The notes beneath the pieces were generated by a model. It did not search any database, had not been told where the DNA came from, and saw only the letters and a list, made by a program, of their open reading frames with translations. From an uncultured Pirellulales bacterium (GTDB taxonomy: Bacteria > Planctomycetota > Phycisphaerae > Sedimentisphaerales > Anaerobacaceae), in NCBI GenBank assembly GCA_964556725.1, contig CAZKYA010000001.1:1-36398 (forward strand): 36,398 nucleotides of DNA, in the 5' to 3' direction. Of this stretch, positions 15,633 to 24,529 are shown piece after piece. Each line of letters opens with the position of its first letter. Within the stretch, counting starts at the first letter, position 1. A program made the translations under genes and the position numbers.

Positions 15633-16874
15633 TTACTTGTTCACTGCTTCCAGCCATTGATATGCCATAAACGTCAGCTCCTCTATATCAAACTCATAGC
15701 TGTCGTCCGTATCAACCGCAACTATCGTTTCATCCCCCATTACGTCATTCTTCCGGGAGGTTCCATCACACAAATCCACATTACGACCATATCTCCTTAT
15801 CGCATCCTCTTTGATATAGTCCATAATTGCAGCAAAATGAACGGCAGGTTCTATCCGTTCCTTTCCCTCTGCGCTATCCGAATAAACAATGCTCAGGACT
15901 TTTTCCCCTTCCAGCACTCTGGGTTCAATCTCAAATTTCACTGAAAATCCATATTCGCCAAGAAAATCAAGGCCAGGTACAGGATATGATTGAGCTTCTG
16001 CTCCTTCGCAACCGGCAACAGATGGAACTATCGAAGGCGTAACAAAACCATCATCCAGACCTACGTCAAAATTCCTTTTCTTCATATCAATAAAAAATAA
16101 AAAATCACCTGAAAACCATTGCCCTTTTACTTTCTTAGCTGCACGTTTTGCCGTCCGACCCGGCTGAACACCCAGCTTTTCCAGCTCTCGCTCAAAAGCC
16201 AATGTCACCGCTTCATTATATTCGTGTTCCGTATCTCGAAGAGCCTCAGCCGCAATATGAGTGCCAAGAAGATTTGAAAATGTATCCTCCCAGGTAAACG
16301 CAGAGGCAAATTCGGAATACAGAAACCCTGTGCACTTGTAACCGAACCACGTAATGATTTCGTGCCAGGTAGTCGCAGTATAAACGAAGTATTCTCCAAG
16401 ACGGATGGAAATATCAAATGCAATATCCTCTTTCTGTTCTTCTGACAAATCTTTCCAGTTTTCCGGATAGGTAATCTCTACATGATACCGCGATGATTCC
16501 ATCAATCTGAATGAAAACCTGGTTTCGTTTTCCTTTATTTTTTCAAAAGTTTTTGCAGCAATAAATGCCGTCCAATCGGCTGCCTTACGCAAGTGAGCAG
16601 TATCAATATGCCCTGCTTTACAGGTATATAATATCCCGTTTTTCTCCGACAAACTAAACCTGTATGTGTGCCGTCCCAATTCTTCAAAATCTAAAAATTT
16701 CGTGCCTAATGTTGCGCTGGGATAGGACCCCATCCGCGCACGAGGAGACGTTCCAGCAAGTTTTAAATTAAAGAACTGTGCCTCAGAAACATCCGCTACC
16801 CTTAGAATCATAAAAAAGCAGGAAAACAAACTTATTACTAACTCTTGTGGAAATAATTGATAAACTCTTTTCAT
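15633..16874 (-). CDS. Hypothetical exported protein (413 aa), family not recognised
   Basis: A long ORF with coding-like composition, a hydrophobic N-terminal segment (LVISLFSCFFMILRVADVSEA) and GGAGGAG about 13 nt upstream of the ATG. I saw no catalytic motif. It may resemble a DUF-type family, but I cannot confirm this without a search. Confidence 0.6.
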   Translation of the reverse strand: MKRVYQLFPQELVISLFSCFFMILRVADVSEAQFFNLKLAGTSPRARMGSYPSATLGTKFLDFEELGRHTYRFSLSEKNGILYTCKAGHIDTAHLRKAADWTAFIAAKTFEKIKENETRFSFRLMESSRYHVEITYPENWKDLSEEQKEDIAFDISIRLGEYFVYTATTWHEIITWFGYKCTGFLYSEFASAFTWEDTFSNLLGTHIAAEALRDTEHEYNEAVTLAFERELEKLGVQPGRTAKRAAKKVKGQWFSGDFLFFIDMKKRNFDVGLDDGFVTPSIVPSVAGCEGAEAQSYPVPGLDFLGEYGFSVKFEIEPRVLEGEKVLSIVYSDSAEGKERIEPAVHFAAIMDYIKEDAIRRYGRNVDLCDGTSRKNDVMGDETIVAVDTDDSYEFDIEELTFMAYQWLEAVNK

Positions 16875-17060
16875 CTATGTCACCCTCTCCTCCAAAATAC
16901 TATTTTATAGGTAACTTCATTTAGTCCTTTCAACAATATGTCTTGTTTTTTTATCTATAAAAACAATCGCTAACAAAAACCCATAAACGAGTTATTTCCT
17001 CCGTTGCTTTGTTCCCCCACATTAGGGAGTATGCTTATAACCTTCCCTGTCGAAAACACT

Positions 17061-17089
17061 ATTATAACAATTTTATGTCGTTTAATCAA
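17061..17089 (-). promoter_or_regulatory. Near-consensus sigma-70 promoter for the 413-aa hypothetical gene
   Basis: On the minus strand: TTGATT (17089-17084), a 17-nt spacer, then TATAAT (17066-17061). This predicts a leader of about 180 nt. Confidence 0.4.
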
Positions 17090-17207
17090 CCTTAATAATA
17101 ACCAAATTGTATGAGATTCGTCTTTTCTGTAATCAACACCCCCTTTTGATTTATGATTTTAAGGCAGGATATAGGACTTTAACGGAAATCTGAAAAAAAG
17201 CAGCAGG

Positions 17208-17885
17208 TCACTCAAGCGGCTCGATATAGATGTTGCGAAACTCAATCGGCACCCCTTCACTCTGCAAACAAATCTTGCCCGACTTTTCTGAGCACTTGGT
17301 AGCAACATTCTGCAACACGCCATTGACCAACGCTACCACCCAGTCGTCCTTACAAATGATATCGTATGCATTCCATTGACCGAGTGGCTTTTCGCTACTT
17401 TCTTTCAGTTTTATAACCCTTCGACCTTCGACACGGCCACCACCCTTGGCGTGCTCGGCAATCTCAACACCACCAATGACAAAGAAGTCACCCGCGTTAC
17501 CCGACTTTAACTGACATTCGAGACTCTTAGGCCAGACCTTGTCCTCACCACTCATATGAACAAGGGCACCGCTGTTCCCGCCATTTCCGACCCATCGCCA
17601 TTCTATATGAAACAGGTAATCAGCGTAGTCTTGCTCGGTACGCATATAGCCAGCCGGCTGCCCCTCGCATCGTATCACGCTGTCTTTGACCGACCATGTC
17701 TTTGTTATATCGTAACCGTGGTCGGGCACAAAAAGCTTCCAGCCGGTAAAGTCTTTGCCGTTCCACAAGAAAATCTTCTCCTTCGGCACAGTCGGCTCTT
17801 TCTGCTCTTCTTGGGCGAATGTAATCGAAACCAACAACGCTGCCGTCACTACCAACAACACGATTGCGATTACACAGCGCTTCAT
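17208..17885 (-). CDS. DUF1080 (3-keto-disaccharide hydrolase-like) domain protein, secreted
   Basis: A signal peptide is followed by LWNGKDFTGWK, WSVKDSVIRCEG, GNSGALVHM, ECQLKS, QWNAYDIICKD and IEFRNIYIEPL. This is the typical DUF1080 pattern. Confidence 0.8.
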   Translation of the reverse strand: MKRCVIAIVLLVVTAALLVSITFAQEEQKEPTVPKEKIFLWNGKDFTGWKLFVPDHGYDITKTWSVKDSVIRCEGQPAGYMRTEQDYADYLFHIEWRWVGNGGNSGALVHMSGEDKVWPKSLECQLKSGNAGDFFVIGGVEIAEHAKGGGRVEGRRVIKLKESSEKPLGQWNAYDIICKDDWVVALVNGVLQNVATKCSEKSGKICLQSEGVPIEFRNIYIEPLE

Positions 17886-17922
17886 AAAACTCTTCCTTAA
17901 TCTTTAGTAAACCATTTTCATT

Positions 17923-19215
17923 TCACACCAGTTTTGTAATTCCGGGCATAGCCACCGGCTCCACCGGCAAATCGCCAAACTCATATTTGGCAGGGCTGAG
18001 GTCCAGCTTAGACGCATTCATCGCCCAGTCCCATTTTAGTGCCCGCCCCGTATATGCGCTCATCCTGCCAATAATTGCTGTCATTGTGCTTTCTGCAACG
18101 CTCCGGCCTTCATTCAGTGGCTTGCCTTCACGTATGCTCTCAATCAGGTCGGCATGTTCGGTCTCATATGGATTCGGGGTGGAGCCATCGTATTTGTAAG
18201 CGTTCGGCCCTTCAATACGCCCAATAGCACTATGGGTATATGCCGACCCCTTTGTTCCTATTACTCTCTCCGATACCCTATCGGTGCACCCTTCCATCTG
18301 CCGACACATGCTCAACACACGCACTCCATTTGGATACTCAAACTCAACCGCGAAATGGTCAAAAACATTACCAAGTTTTCGCACCTGACGTCCTCCGGTA
18401 CCCATCGCCTGAACAGGATGTGCGCCAATCGCCCAGTTCATTATGTCTATGTTGTGCACGTGTTGCTCTACAATATGGTCCCCTGAGAGCCACGTGAACC
18501 AAGGCCAGCTTCGGCACTGCCACTCCATTCCGTATAGACTATCGGTTTTCTCATAGTACTTCCAGTAGCCCTCTACCTCTCCGCCATTCCAGTAGCACTG
18601 CCCGCTGACAATTTCACCGATATCCCCGTTATGAACACGCTTGATAATCTCCAGATAATGCGCCTGATGCCGGCGCTGCGTGCCGGCCACAATTGCCAGA
18701 CCTTTTTTCTCCGCCAGTTCGGATGAAGCTAACACTGAACGAACACCCACCGGGTCCACCGCCACCGGCTTTTCCATAAACACGTGTTTGCCCGCCTCGA
18801 TAGCCGCCTTCAGATGCGCGGGCCTAAAGTGAGGCGGAGCCGCCAGTATCACAAGGTCCACACCAGACGCGATGACTTCCTTATAAGCATCAAAACCCAC
18901 AAAACACACATCTTGGGTTACCTTTATCTTCTCGCCTAAATTCTTTTTGAGCTCCTCCAGCGAGCTGTCCAAACGGTCCTTGAAAAGGTCGCCCATCGCC
19001 ACGAGTTCGATACCGCTTGACGATTGCATACAATCCTTCACCGCCCCTGTGCCCCGTCCGCCGCAACCGATAAGACCGATACGCAGCTCGTCAGAACCTG
19101 CTGCAAAAATATGCCTTGTCCCTAAAGCCAGGGCCGCTGCACCTACTGCCGTTGATTTCTTAATGAAATCTCTGCGACTTAACTCGCGCCTCTTTCTGCT
19201 TGTTCTATCTCTCAT
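17923..19215 (-). CDS. Gfo/Idh/MocA family oxidoreductase with a twin-arginine (TAT) signal
   Basis: The TAT motif is SRRDFIKKSTAVGAAALA. The Rossmann motif is IGLIGCGGRGTG, followed by the EKP motif (VFMEKPVA). The ATG at 19215 is preferred over the adjacent TTG at 19218 because AAGGAA lies upstream. Confidence 0.85.
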   Translation of the reverse strand: MRDRTSRKRRELSRRDFIKKSTAVGAAALALGTRHIFAAGSDELRIGLIGCGGRGTGAVKDCMQSSSGIELVAMGDLFKDRLDSSLEELKKNLGEKIKVTQDVCFVGFDAYKEVIASGVDLVILAAPPHFRPAHLKAAIEAGKHVFMEKPVAVDPVGVRSVLASSELAEKKGLAIVAGTQRRHQAHYLEIIKRVHNGDIGEIVSGQCYWNGGEVEGYWKYYEKTDSLYGMEWQCRSWPWFTWLSGDHIVEQHVHNIDIMNWAIGAHPVQAMGTGGRQVRKLGNVFDHFAVEFEYPNGVRVLSMCRQMEGCTDRVSERVIGTKGSAYTHSAIGRIEGPNAYKYDGSTPNPYETEHADLIESIREGKPLNEGRSVAESTMTAIIGRMSAYTGRALKWDWAMNASKLDLSPAKYEFGDLPVEPVAMPGITKLV

Positions 19216-19431
19216 CAATATTTCCTTTCGATTTGTTTCATACCTCCAAAATTATTTATAAGAACGCTTGGACCAAAACCTGTCTGAAATGACACAGCAG
19301 TCACCTTACAAAACTACCTCCAATTACCTATCCAATCAAGCACAATAAGCCCTTTTACAAACTTCAACGAGCACAGAAAATCCGGCATTGAGTATCAAAC
19401 AATAAAATAATCAATATAAAATAGTAAATAA

Positions 19432-20085
19432 TCAATAATCCAATGGCTTCTTACCCTGCTTTACCCGGCAGTCATTTTGCATCTGACGCAGCTTATTGGT
19501 CAAAACTTCCGCCAGTTCCTCATCGCTCATACTCTTTACCTGCCCGGCTGATATGGCTTTGCCGTAACAAACCACAATCCGCCCAGGCGAAAATAGCTTC
19601 TTATGCCTCGGCCAACACTCAAACGCACCATCAATCACCGCCGGCACAACTGCTGCTTCCACCCGCCTGCATAAAAAACCAAAGCCGGGCTTCAAAGGCG
19701 CAATCTTCCCATCGCTCGTTCGCGTCCCTTCAGGAAAAAGACAAACACCCTTACCTCTTTTAAGTACGCCGATAACCTTCTTTATTGCAGACAAATCTGC
19801 TCTGCCACGCTTTACCGGTATTGTATTTACCGAAGAAATCATCCAGCCAAAAAACCAATTACTAAAAAGCGAATCGCGCGCAATAAAACTTAAATGCCGC
19901 TTCAAAGGCGCCCCGCAAAACATGGGGTCAAGATAACTTTGGTGATTACTGACCAGTACAAAAGGCCCCTTAACGGGTACATTTTCCTTGCCATAAACAC
20001 GCAACCGAAAAAATGCAAGACAAAAAACCCTGCAAAGCCACCGCCCGAACCAGAACCATCTTGCCCTCAGTTTTTCTTTAAGCAT
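19432..20085 (-). CDS. plsC: 1-acyl-sn-glycerol-3-phosphate acyltransferase
   Basis: It has the HX4D motif (SNHQSYLDP), the FPEGTRT motif and an N-terminal hydrophobic anchor. It overlaps the end of cmk by 19 nt. Confidence 0.85.
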   Translation of the reverse strand: MLKEKLRARWFWFGRWLCRVFCLAFFRLRVYGKENVPVKGPFVLVSNHQSYLDPMFCGAPLKRHLSFIARDSLFSNWFFGWMISSVNTIPVKRGRADLSAIKKVIGVLKRGKGVCLFPEGTRTSDGKIAPLKPGFGFLCRRVEAAVVPAVIDGAFECWPRHKKLFSPGRIVVCYGKAISAGQVKSMSDEELAEVLTNKLRQMQNDCRVKQGKKPLDY

Positions 20086-20750
20086 TTTTCTTTCACACAG
20101 CGCAAAAGTTTTTCCACTACCTCATCTATACTTAAACGTGTGGTATCAACAATAACGGCATCTTCGGCCGGCTTCAATGGCCCCACCGCTCTACTCTCAT
20201 CGCTTTTGTCTCTTTCTTCTATGGCTTTTTGTATTTGTTCAATGCTTTCACCGCCGCCTTTTGCCCACAGCTCTGCCTGCCTTCTTCCTGCCCTTTCTTT
20301 CGTCTCCGCCGTCAGATAAAATTTTATATCAGCATCGCCAAACGCCACCGTTCCCTGGTCTCTTCCTTCGGTAACTATTTTTTCTTCGCCTGCCGCGAAT
20401 TGCCTTTGCATCTGGACTAATTTCTCCCGCAGCTTCGGGGCTGATGCAATATATCGGGCATTAGCGGTTATCTTTTGGCTGCGTAATTGCTCAGTTACAT
20501 CGACTCCATCAATGCAAACCGCCATTTTTCCTTGCTTAATAGAGAATTGAAATTCTCTTGTTTCCAGAACACCGAGCAGCTCCTGTTCGTCGCTCATATC
20601 CACGCCGGCCTGCATCGCTGCTAAAGTCACCGCTCTATACATCGCTCCGGTATCAAGAAAGCTCGCACCCAGTCTTTCAGCCAACAGCTGTGCCACCGTG
20701 CTTTTACCGCTGGCCGCAGGACCATCAATTGTTATAACCAATCCCGCCAC
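20067..20750 (-). CDS. cmk: Cytidylate kinase
   Basis: The P-loop is ITIDGPAASGKSTVA, followed by LDTGAMYRA and GRDQGTVAF. It uses a GTG start. Confidence 0.9.
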   Translation of the reverse strand: MAGLVITIDGPAASGKSTVAQLLAERLGASFLDTGAMYRAVTLAAMQAGVDMSDEQELLGVLETREFQFSIKQGKMAVCIDGVDVTEQLRSQKITANARYIASAPKLREKLVQMQRQFAAGEEKIVTEGRDQGTVAFGDADIKFYLTAETKERAGRRQAELWAKGGGESIEQIQKAIEERDKSDESRAVGPLKPAEDAVIVDTTRLSIDEVVEKLLRCVKEKCLKKN

Positions 20751-20787
20751 CTTCGCCCTTCGATATTCGTCATTCGATATTAATTAT

Positions 20788-22068
20788 TCACCGCTCGCTT
20801 GCCTTTATCACTTTCACAACAATAACACTTGTATCATCGCTCTGGCTGGCAAGTCCCACAAAACGCCTCCTGTGACCCAAGATATTTTTCACCATTTGCT
20901 CTGCCGAACCGCCAGCATACCTTTTGACTGACTCCAGCAACCTTTCTCTGCCCCAGAATTCACCATCAAAATTAGCTGCATCAATCAACCCATCAGTATA
21001 GAATAATAAGCAATCACCTTCTTTTAGCCCGATGGTTTCAATCTCATATTCCACCTGCCTCTGCACGCCGAGCACAAGACCGCCTTTTTCCAGTTCGGAA
21101 ATTTCACCGTCTCTTATCAACATCGTCGGCTCATGCCCGCAACTGCAATAGGTTACAGACATATCCTTAACATCAATAGCTGCATAAAACAACGTGATAA
21201 ACTCCCCGCCCCTGCACTCTCTGCACGCCATTTCATTGAGCTTACTAACAACATATTTGATGATACCTTTTTCGCTCTCGGTATCTGCGTAAGCCCGCAC
21301 AGCCCCTCTAAAACAGCTCATCATCAAAGCAGCCGGAATTCCCTTACCTATCACATCCGAAATCGCTACTATAATGCGATTGTCGTTTATTTTAAGAAAA
21401 TCGTATAAATCCCCGCCCACCTCAAAACACGGAATATATGTGGCCGCAATATCCAGACCTGTTATCTTCGGCGGCTTTTCCGGTATCATCCTTCGCTGAA
21501 TTATCCCTGCCAACCGCATTTGCTCTGCCATCCGCGCCCCCTCAATTGCTTCTGCTAATAGTTTTGCATTCGTTATCGCCACCGCACACTGCGAAGCAAC
21601 CGCCCTGGCAAGTTGTATATCGTCCTCGTCGAAACGTTTCGGCCGGGGACTATACAGCCGAAGAACTCCGATAGGTTCACCCTTAAACTGCATAGCAACC
21701 GTAAGCTGACTGACAAGCCCTTCTGTAATCGTCGCCTCTTTATATTTTACCCTGCCGTCAACTCGCATATCGTCTAACACCACTGCTTCACCTGCAAAAG
21801 CTGCTTTAACCACAGGGTCATCTTTTAACACCGGACCTTTACCGCGATATTCTTCGCTTAGGCCGTATGTGCTGCGCATCTTCAAATCGTCGCTTTCTTC
21901 ATCCAACAGCCGAATCGAGCAGGCCTTCACCCCTACAATCTTCACCGCCGCCTCAGCCAATTTATCCAGAACCTCCTGAAGCGAAAATTCTCCCGCCACC
22001 AGCGTTGTAAGCTGATAAATCTGCTCGTTTCTTTCTAACCGTTGCTTTGTTTTATTCTTCTTGGCCAT
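20788..22068 (-). CDS. GAF domain-containing PP2C-type (SpoIIE/RsbU-like) serine phosphatase
   Basis: The N-terminal half looks like a GAF domain (KACSIRLLDEESDDL and IGVLRLYS). The C-terminal PP2C/SpoIIE motifs are EVGGDLYDF, VIGKGIPAALMM, LLFYTDGLIDA and DDTSVIVVK. The ATG at 22068 is preferred; a TTG at 22080 is possible. Confidence 0.85.
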   Translation of the reverse strand: MAKKNKTKQRLERNEQIYQLTTLVAGEFSLQEVLDKLAEAAVKIVGVKACSIRLLDEESDDLKMRSTYGLSEEYRGKGPVLKDDPVVKAAFAGEAVVLDDMRVDGRVKYKEATITEGLVSQLTVAMQFKGEPIGVLRLYSPRPKRFDEDDIQLARAVASQCAVAITNAKLLAEAIEGARMAEQMRLAGIIQRRMIPEKPPKITGLDIAATYIPCFEVGGDLYDFLKINDNRIIVAISDVIGKGIPAALMMSCFRGAVRAYADTESEKGIIKYVVSKLNEMACRECRGGEFITLFYAAIDVKDMSVTYCSCGHEPTMLIRDGEISELEKGGLVLGVQRQVEYEIETIGLKEGDCLLFYTDGLIDAANFDGEFWGRERLLESVKRYAGGSAEQMVKNILGHRRRFVGLASQSDDTSVIVVKVIKASER

Positions 22069-22188
22069 AAACAATCTCAAACTCGTCTGGGCGTAGCCAG
22101 CCGTAGCCCGAAAAACAAATTATACTTAACTAACAGCTCACAGTGAACATAATTTACTTCACTACTGCTCTCGGCTGAAAATGTTCAC

Positions 22189-22217
22189 TTGCATAAATCT
22201 GCACTTTTGGCTAATAT
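22189..22217 (+). promoter_or_regulatory. Candidate sigma-70 promoter upstream of acyP
   Basis: TTGCAT (22189-22194), a 17-nt spacer, then TAATAT (22212-22217), about 165 nt upstream of the GTG at 22382. An 8-bp inverted repeat, gtgaacat (22143-22150) and atgttcac (22181-22188), abuts the -35. Confidence 0.3.
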
Positions 22218-22381
22218 ATTGCCCGTGTGATGATGATTGACAACTTTGATTCTTTTAGTGAGGTGAGAATTCGGCTTGAAAATAACCGTCACAAAGAACT
22301 TGTCCTGAGCTCGCCGAAGGAAGCATAATAACGACTGAAAAAGTTGTCCAAAAATAGTAAATAATAAATAATCAATCAAAA

Positions 22382-22651
22382 GTGGTTGCTAAACACATAA
22401 TTTTTACCGGTTATGTTCAAGGCGTCGGCTTTCGTTTCACCGCTCACCGCATCGCCAATCGCCATCAGTTAACTGGCTTTGTCCGCAACGCCCCGGATGG
22501 GACTGTTGAGATGCTCGTCCAGGGCCAACCTGAACAGATAAATGATTGCATAAAAGACCTGCAGGACTCCTTTGCCGGCTTCCTTAGAGAAACCCAAATT
22601 GAAGAAATCCCCCCAAACCCCAGATACACCACCTTCAATATCACCTTCTAA
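22382..22651 (+). CDS. acyP: Acylphosphatase
   Basis: 89 aa with the signature GYVQGVGFRFTA followed by GFVRNAPDGTVE. It uses a GTG start. Confidence 0.85.
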   Translation: MVAKHIIFTGYVQGVGFRFTAHRIANRHQLTGFVRNAPDGTVEMLVQGQPEQINDCIKDLQDSFAGFLRETQIEEIPPNPRYTTFNITF

Positions 22652-22792
22652 CCCTTCGCTTTCCACCATCCCTCTTTCGCCCAGATAAGAGCCCAAAACT
22701 TCCTTGCTATTGCCAGCCCAGCGCCGAAGGTCCGCCGTTGGCAGAAAGCAACTTCGTCCTCCACTTTGATTTTTGAAATCAACTTAAGCTGT

Positions 22793-23947
22793 CTAACGTC
22801 GCAGGAATAAATTGCCCGGCAGTTGCTTTATCAATCCTTTTAACCGTAGCGATATGAGGCCCGCGTTAATATCGCCTGCCGCCAAATTTGTATCCGCGAT
22901 TATTTGCTCCACATGCAATGGCTCTTTATTTAGACAGCCGTAAATCGTTTTTTCATCGTCACTTAGTCTCAACTGACTTACATCAACCAAAGGCGCCTCG
23001 ACCTTCTCAGCTGCCTTTTGCGCTGCCTCACTTACATGGCTTTGAAGCTGTTCGCCGATATAGCCAAGTGCCTCCATCACATCTTCAACGCCTTCTATCA
23101 GCTTCGCCCCCTCTTTTATCAACTGGTGGCAACCTCTACTCAATGGTGAATCAATTTTCCCTGGCACCGCCATTACCTCCCGATTATTGTCCAGTGCGGC
23201 CTTGGCGGTAATCAACGCTCCGGAATTCAGGCCTGCCTCGACTACGATTGTCCCCAGTGACAACCCTGCTATTATTCTATTGCGGGGCGGAAAGTTCTCC
23301 GACAACGGTTCATAGCGCAAAGGCAGCTCGCTAATGCAAGCGCCAGACCCAGCGATAAGCCCAAATAACCTTTTGTTCTCCGGCGGAAAGATATTCGCCA
23401 GGCCGCAGCCCTGCACCGCAATAGTGCGTCCGCCAGCCGAGAGCGCACCTTGATGTGCAGCACTATCTATGCCGCGAGCCATCCCGGAGCAGATAGTAAA
23501 GCCGGCTGAACTTAAAAAATGTGCCAGCCGGGAAGCTTGCTCCTGCCCGTACAAACTGCAATACCGAGTGCCAACTATCGAAATGCACAAATTATCCTGC
23601 CTGCTCAAGCTGCCTTTTATGTAAAGAACTGGCGGAGGGTCATATATCCGCTTTAACACAGGCGGATAGCGCTCGTCCGCAAAGTGAATCAGCCAAACAT
23701 CGAGCTTGTCAGCCAATTCCAACTCAGCGGTAACATCAAACTTGTCACACGTCTCTGCAATTCGTTCGGCAGTCTTGAAACCGATTCCATCTATTTTGGC
23801 CAATTCACTTACCGAGGCACTTAAAGCACGGTCTATTGAGCCGAAATGTTTTATAAGCTTCGCAAAAGTAACTGGGCCGATACCATCTGCTCGAATTAGC
23901 TTGAGCCATTTTTCAATATCAACGGAATTTGGCTCTCGTCTCGCCAT
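22793..23947 (-). CDS. dprA: DNA-processing protein A (DNA protecting protein DprA/Smf)
   Basis: An N-terminal HhH-like region (GIGPVTFAKLI and IDGIGFKTAERI) is followed by a Rossmann-like DprA core (ISIVGTRYCSLYG, SGMARGIDSAAHQGAL, IAVQGCGL, FPPRNRIIAGLS, VVEAGLNSGALITA and REVMAVPG) and a C-terminal winged-helix-like tail. The ATG at 23947 is preferred; the ORF is open to 24007. Confidence 0.88.
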   Translation of the reverse strand: MARREPNSVDIEKWLKLIRADGIGPVTFAKLIKHFGSIDRALSASVSELAKIDGIGFKTAERIAETCDKFDVTAELELADKLDVWLIHFADERYPPVLKRIYDPPPVLYIKGSLSRQDNLCISIVGTRYCSLYGQEQASRLAHFLSSAGFTICSGMARGIDSAAHQGALSAGGRTIAVQGCGLANIFPPENKRLFGLIAGSGACISELPLRYEPLSENFPPRNRIIAGLSLGTIVVEAGLNSGALITAKAALDNNREVMAVPGKIDSPLSRGCHQLIKEGAKLIEGVEDVMEALGYIGEQLQSHVSEAAQKAAEKVEAPLVDVSQLRLSDDEKTIYGCLNKEPLHVEQIIADTNLAAGDINAGLISLRLKGLIKQLPGNLFLRR

Positions 23948-24082
23948 AATTAAGCTATCAGGAAAGAAGATTTGGAAGCAGTGTATCCAATAACTGCTAA
24001 TGGTCAAGAGATTTTTATATTTTGTGTCCTGTAAAGCGCAAATTGCACTTCCTTGTTGAAGTTTACAGAGCGAAATTTTGAT

Positions 24083-24110
24083 TTGACGGCGTCTGTAAAT
24101 CTGGTAAAAT
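24083..24110 (+). promoter_or_regulatory. Candidate extended -10 sigma-70 promoter for the sensor kinase operon
   Basis: TTGACG (24083-24088), a 16-nt spacer ending in TGg, then TAAAAT (24105-24110), about 80 nt upstream of the ATG at 24191. A GGAG site lies before that ATG. Confidence 0.35.
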
Positions 24111-24190
24111 TGCCGGTGAGTTTGCCTTCCTATTAGGATATCGAAAGCAAGGATGGTTCGACATAGCTCACCATAAATGGAGATATTAAA

Positions 24191-24529
24191 ATGATACGCG
24201 AAAATGAGGTCGTTATGCTCCTGCTCGGCGTGGGCGTTCTTATCTTCATCCTGACAAGCCGCCTGCGGCTGAAACAGCTTTCATCATCGAACATCCTTAT
24301 AGCGGCATTCTACATAGCTTTTGCGAGCTGGGTCCTGACGGTGCTCGAGGGCTTCTTCTGGGAACGGCTTCTTAACTACTTGGAGCATATATGTTACGCC
24401 GTTAGCTCAATACTGTTGGCCGGCTGGTGCTGGAAGGTATTTGGCAGTAAAAAGGATTCGTCCTTCATAGTTCCTTCATCCTTCGTAGGACTACGGAGAA
24501 CGGATACTACGGAGAAGGAGGCGATGTAA
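24191..24529 (+). CDS. Small membrane protein (3 predicted TM segments), translationally coupled to the histidine kinase
   Basis: 112-aa hydrophobic ORF. Its TAA stop (24527-24529) overlaps the kinase ATG (24529-24531) as TAATG. GGAGG (24517-24521) lies within its 3' end. Confidence 0.6.
   Translation: MIRENEVVMLLLGVGVLIFILTSRLRLKQLSSSNILIAAFYIAFASWVLTVLEGFFWERLLNYLEHICYAVSSILLAGWCWKVFGSKKDSSFIVPSSFVGLRRTDTTEKEAM

Noticed and set aside
19418-19432. A 15-nt exact repeat, AAAATAGTAAATAAT, also present at 22351-22365. In both places it lies just before a start codon on the plus strand.
   Set aside because: About one chance 15-mer match is expected in a 36-kb window when both strands are counted, and more for AT-rich low-complexity sequence. 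The copy at 19418 overlaps the plsC stop, and the ATG following it opens only an antisense ORF.
22185-22379. A 64-aa minus-strand ORF in the phosphatase/acyP intergenic region.
   Set aside because: It has no ribosome-binding site, an odd composition and no motif. The region is better explained as a divergent promoter region.
24490-24516. An 11-nt direct repeat, ACTACGGAGAA, at 24490-24500 and 24506-24516, near the end of the small membrane ORF.
   Set aside because: The two copies are read in different frames within the coding sequence. The repeat probably reflects the purine-rich SD-like sequence that precedes the kinase start. There is no evidence of slippage or regulation.
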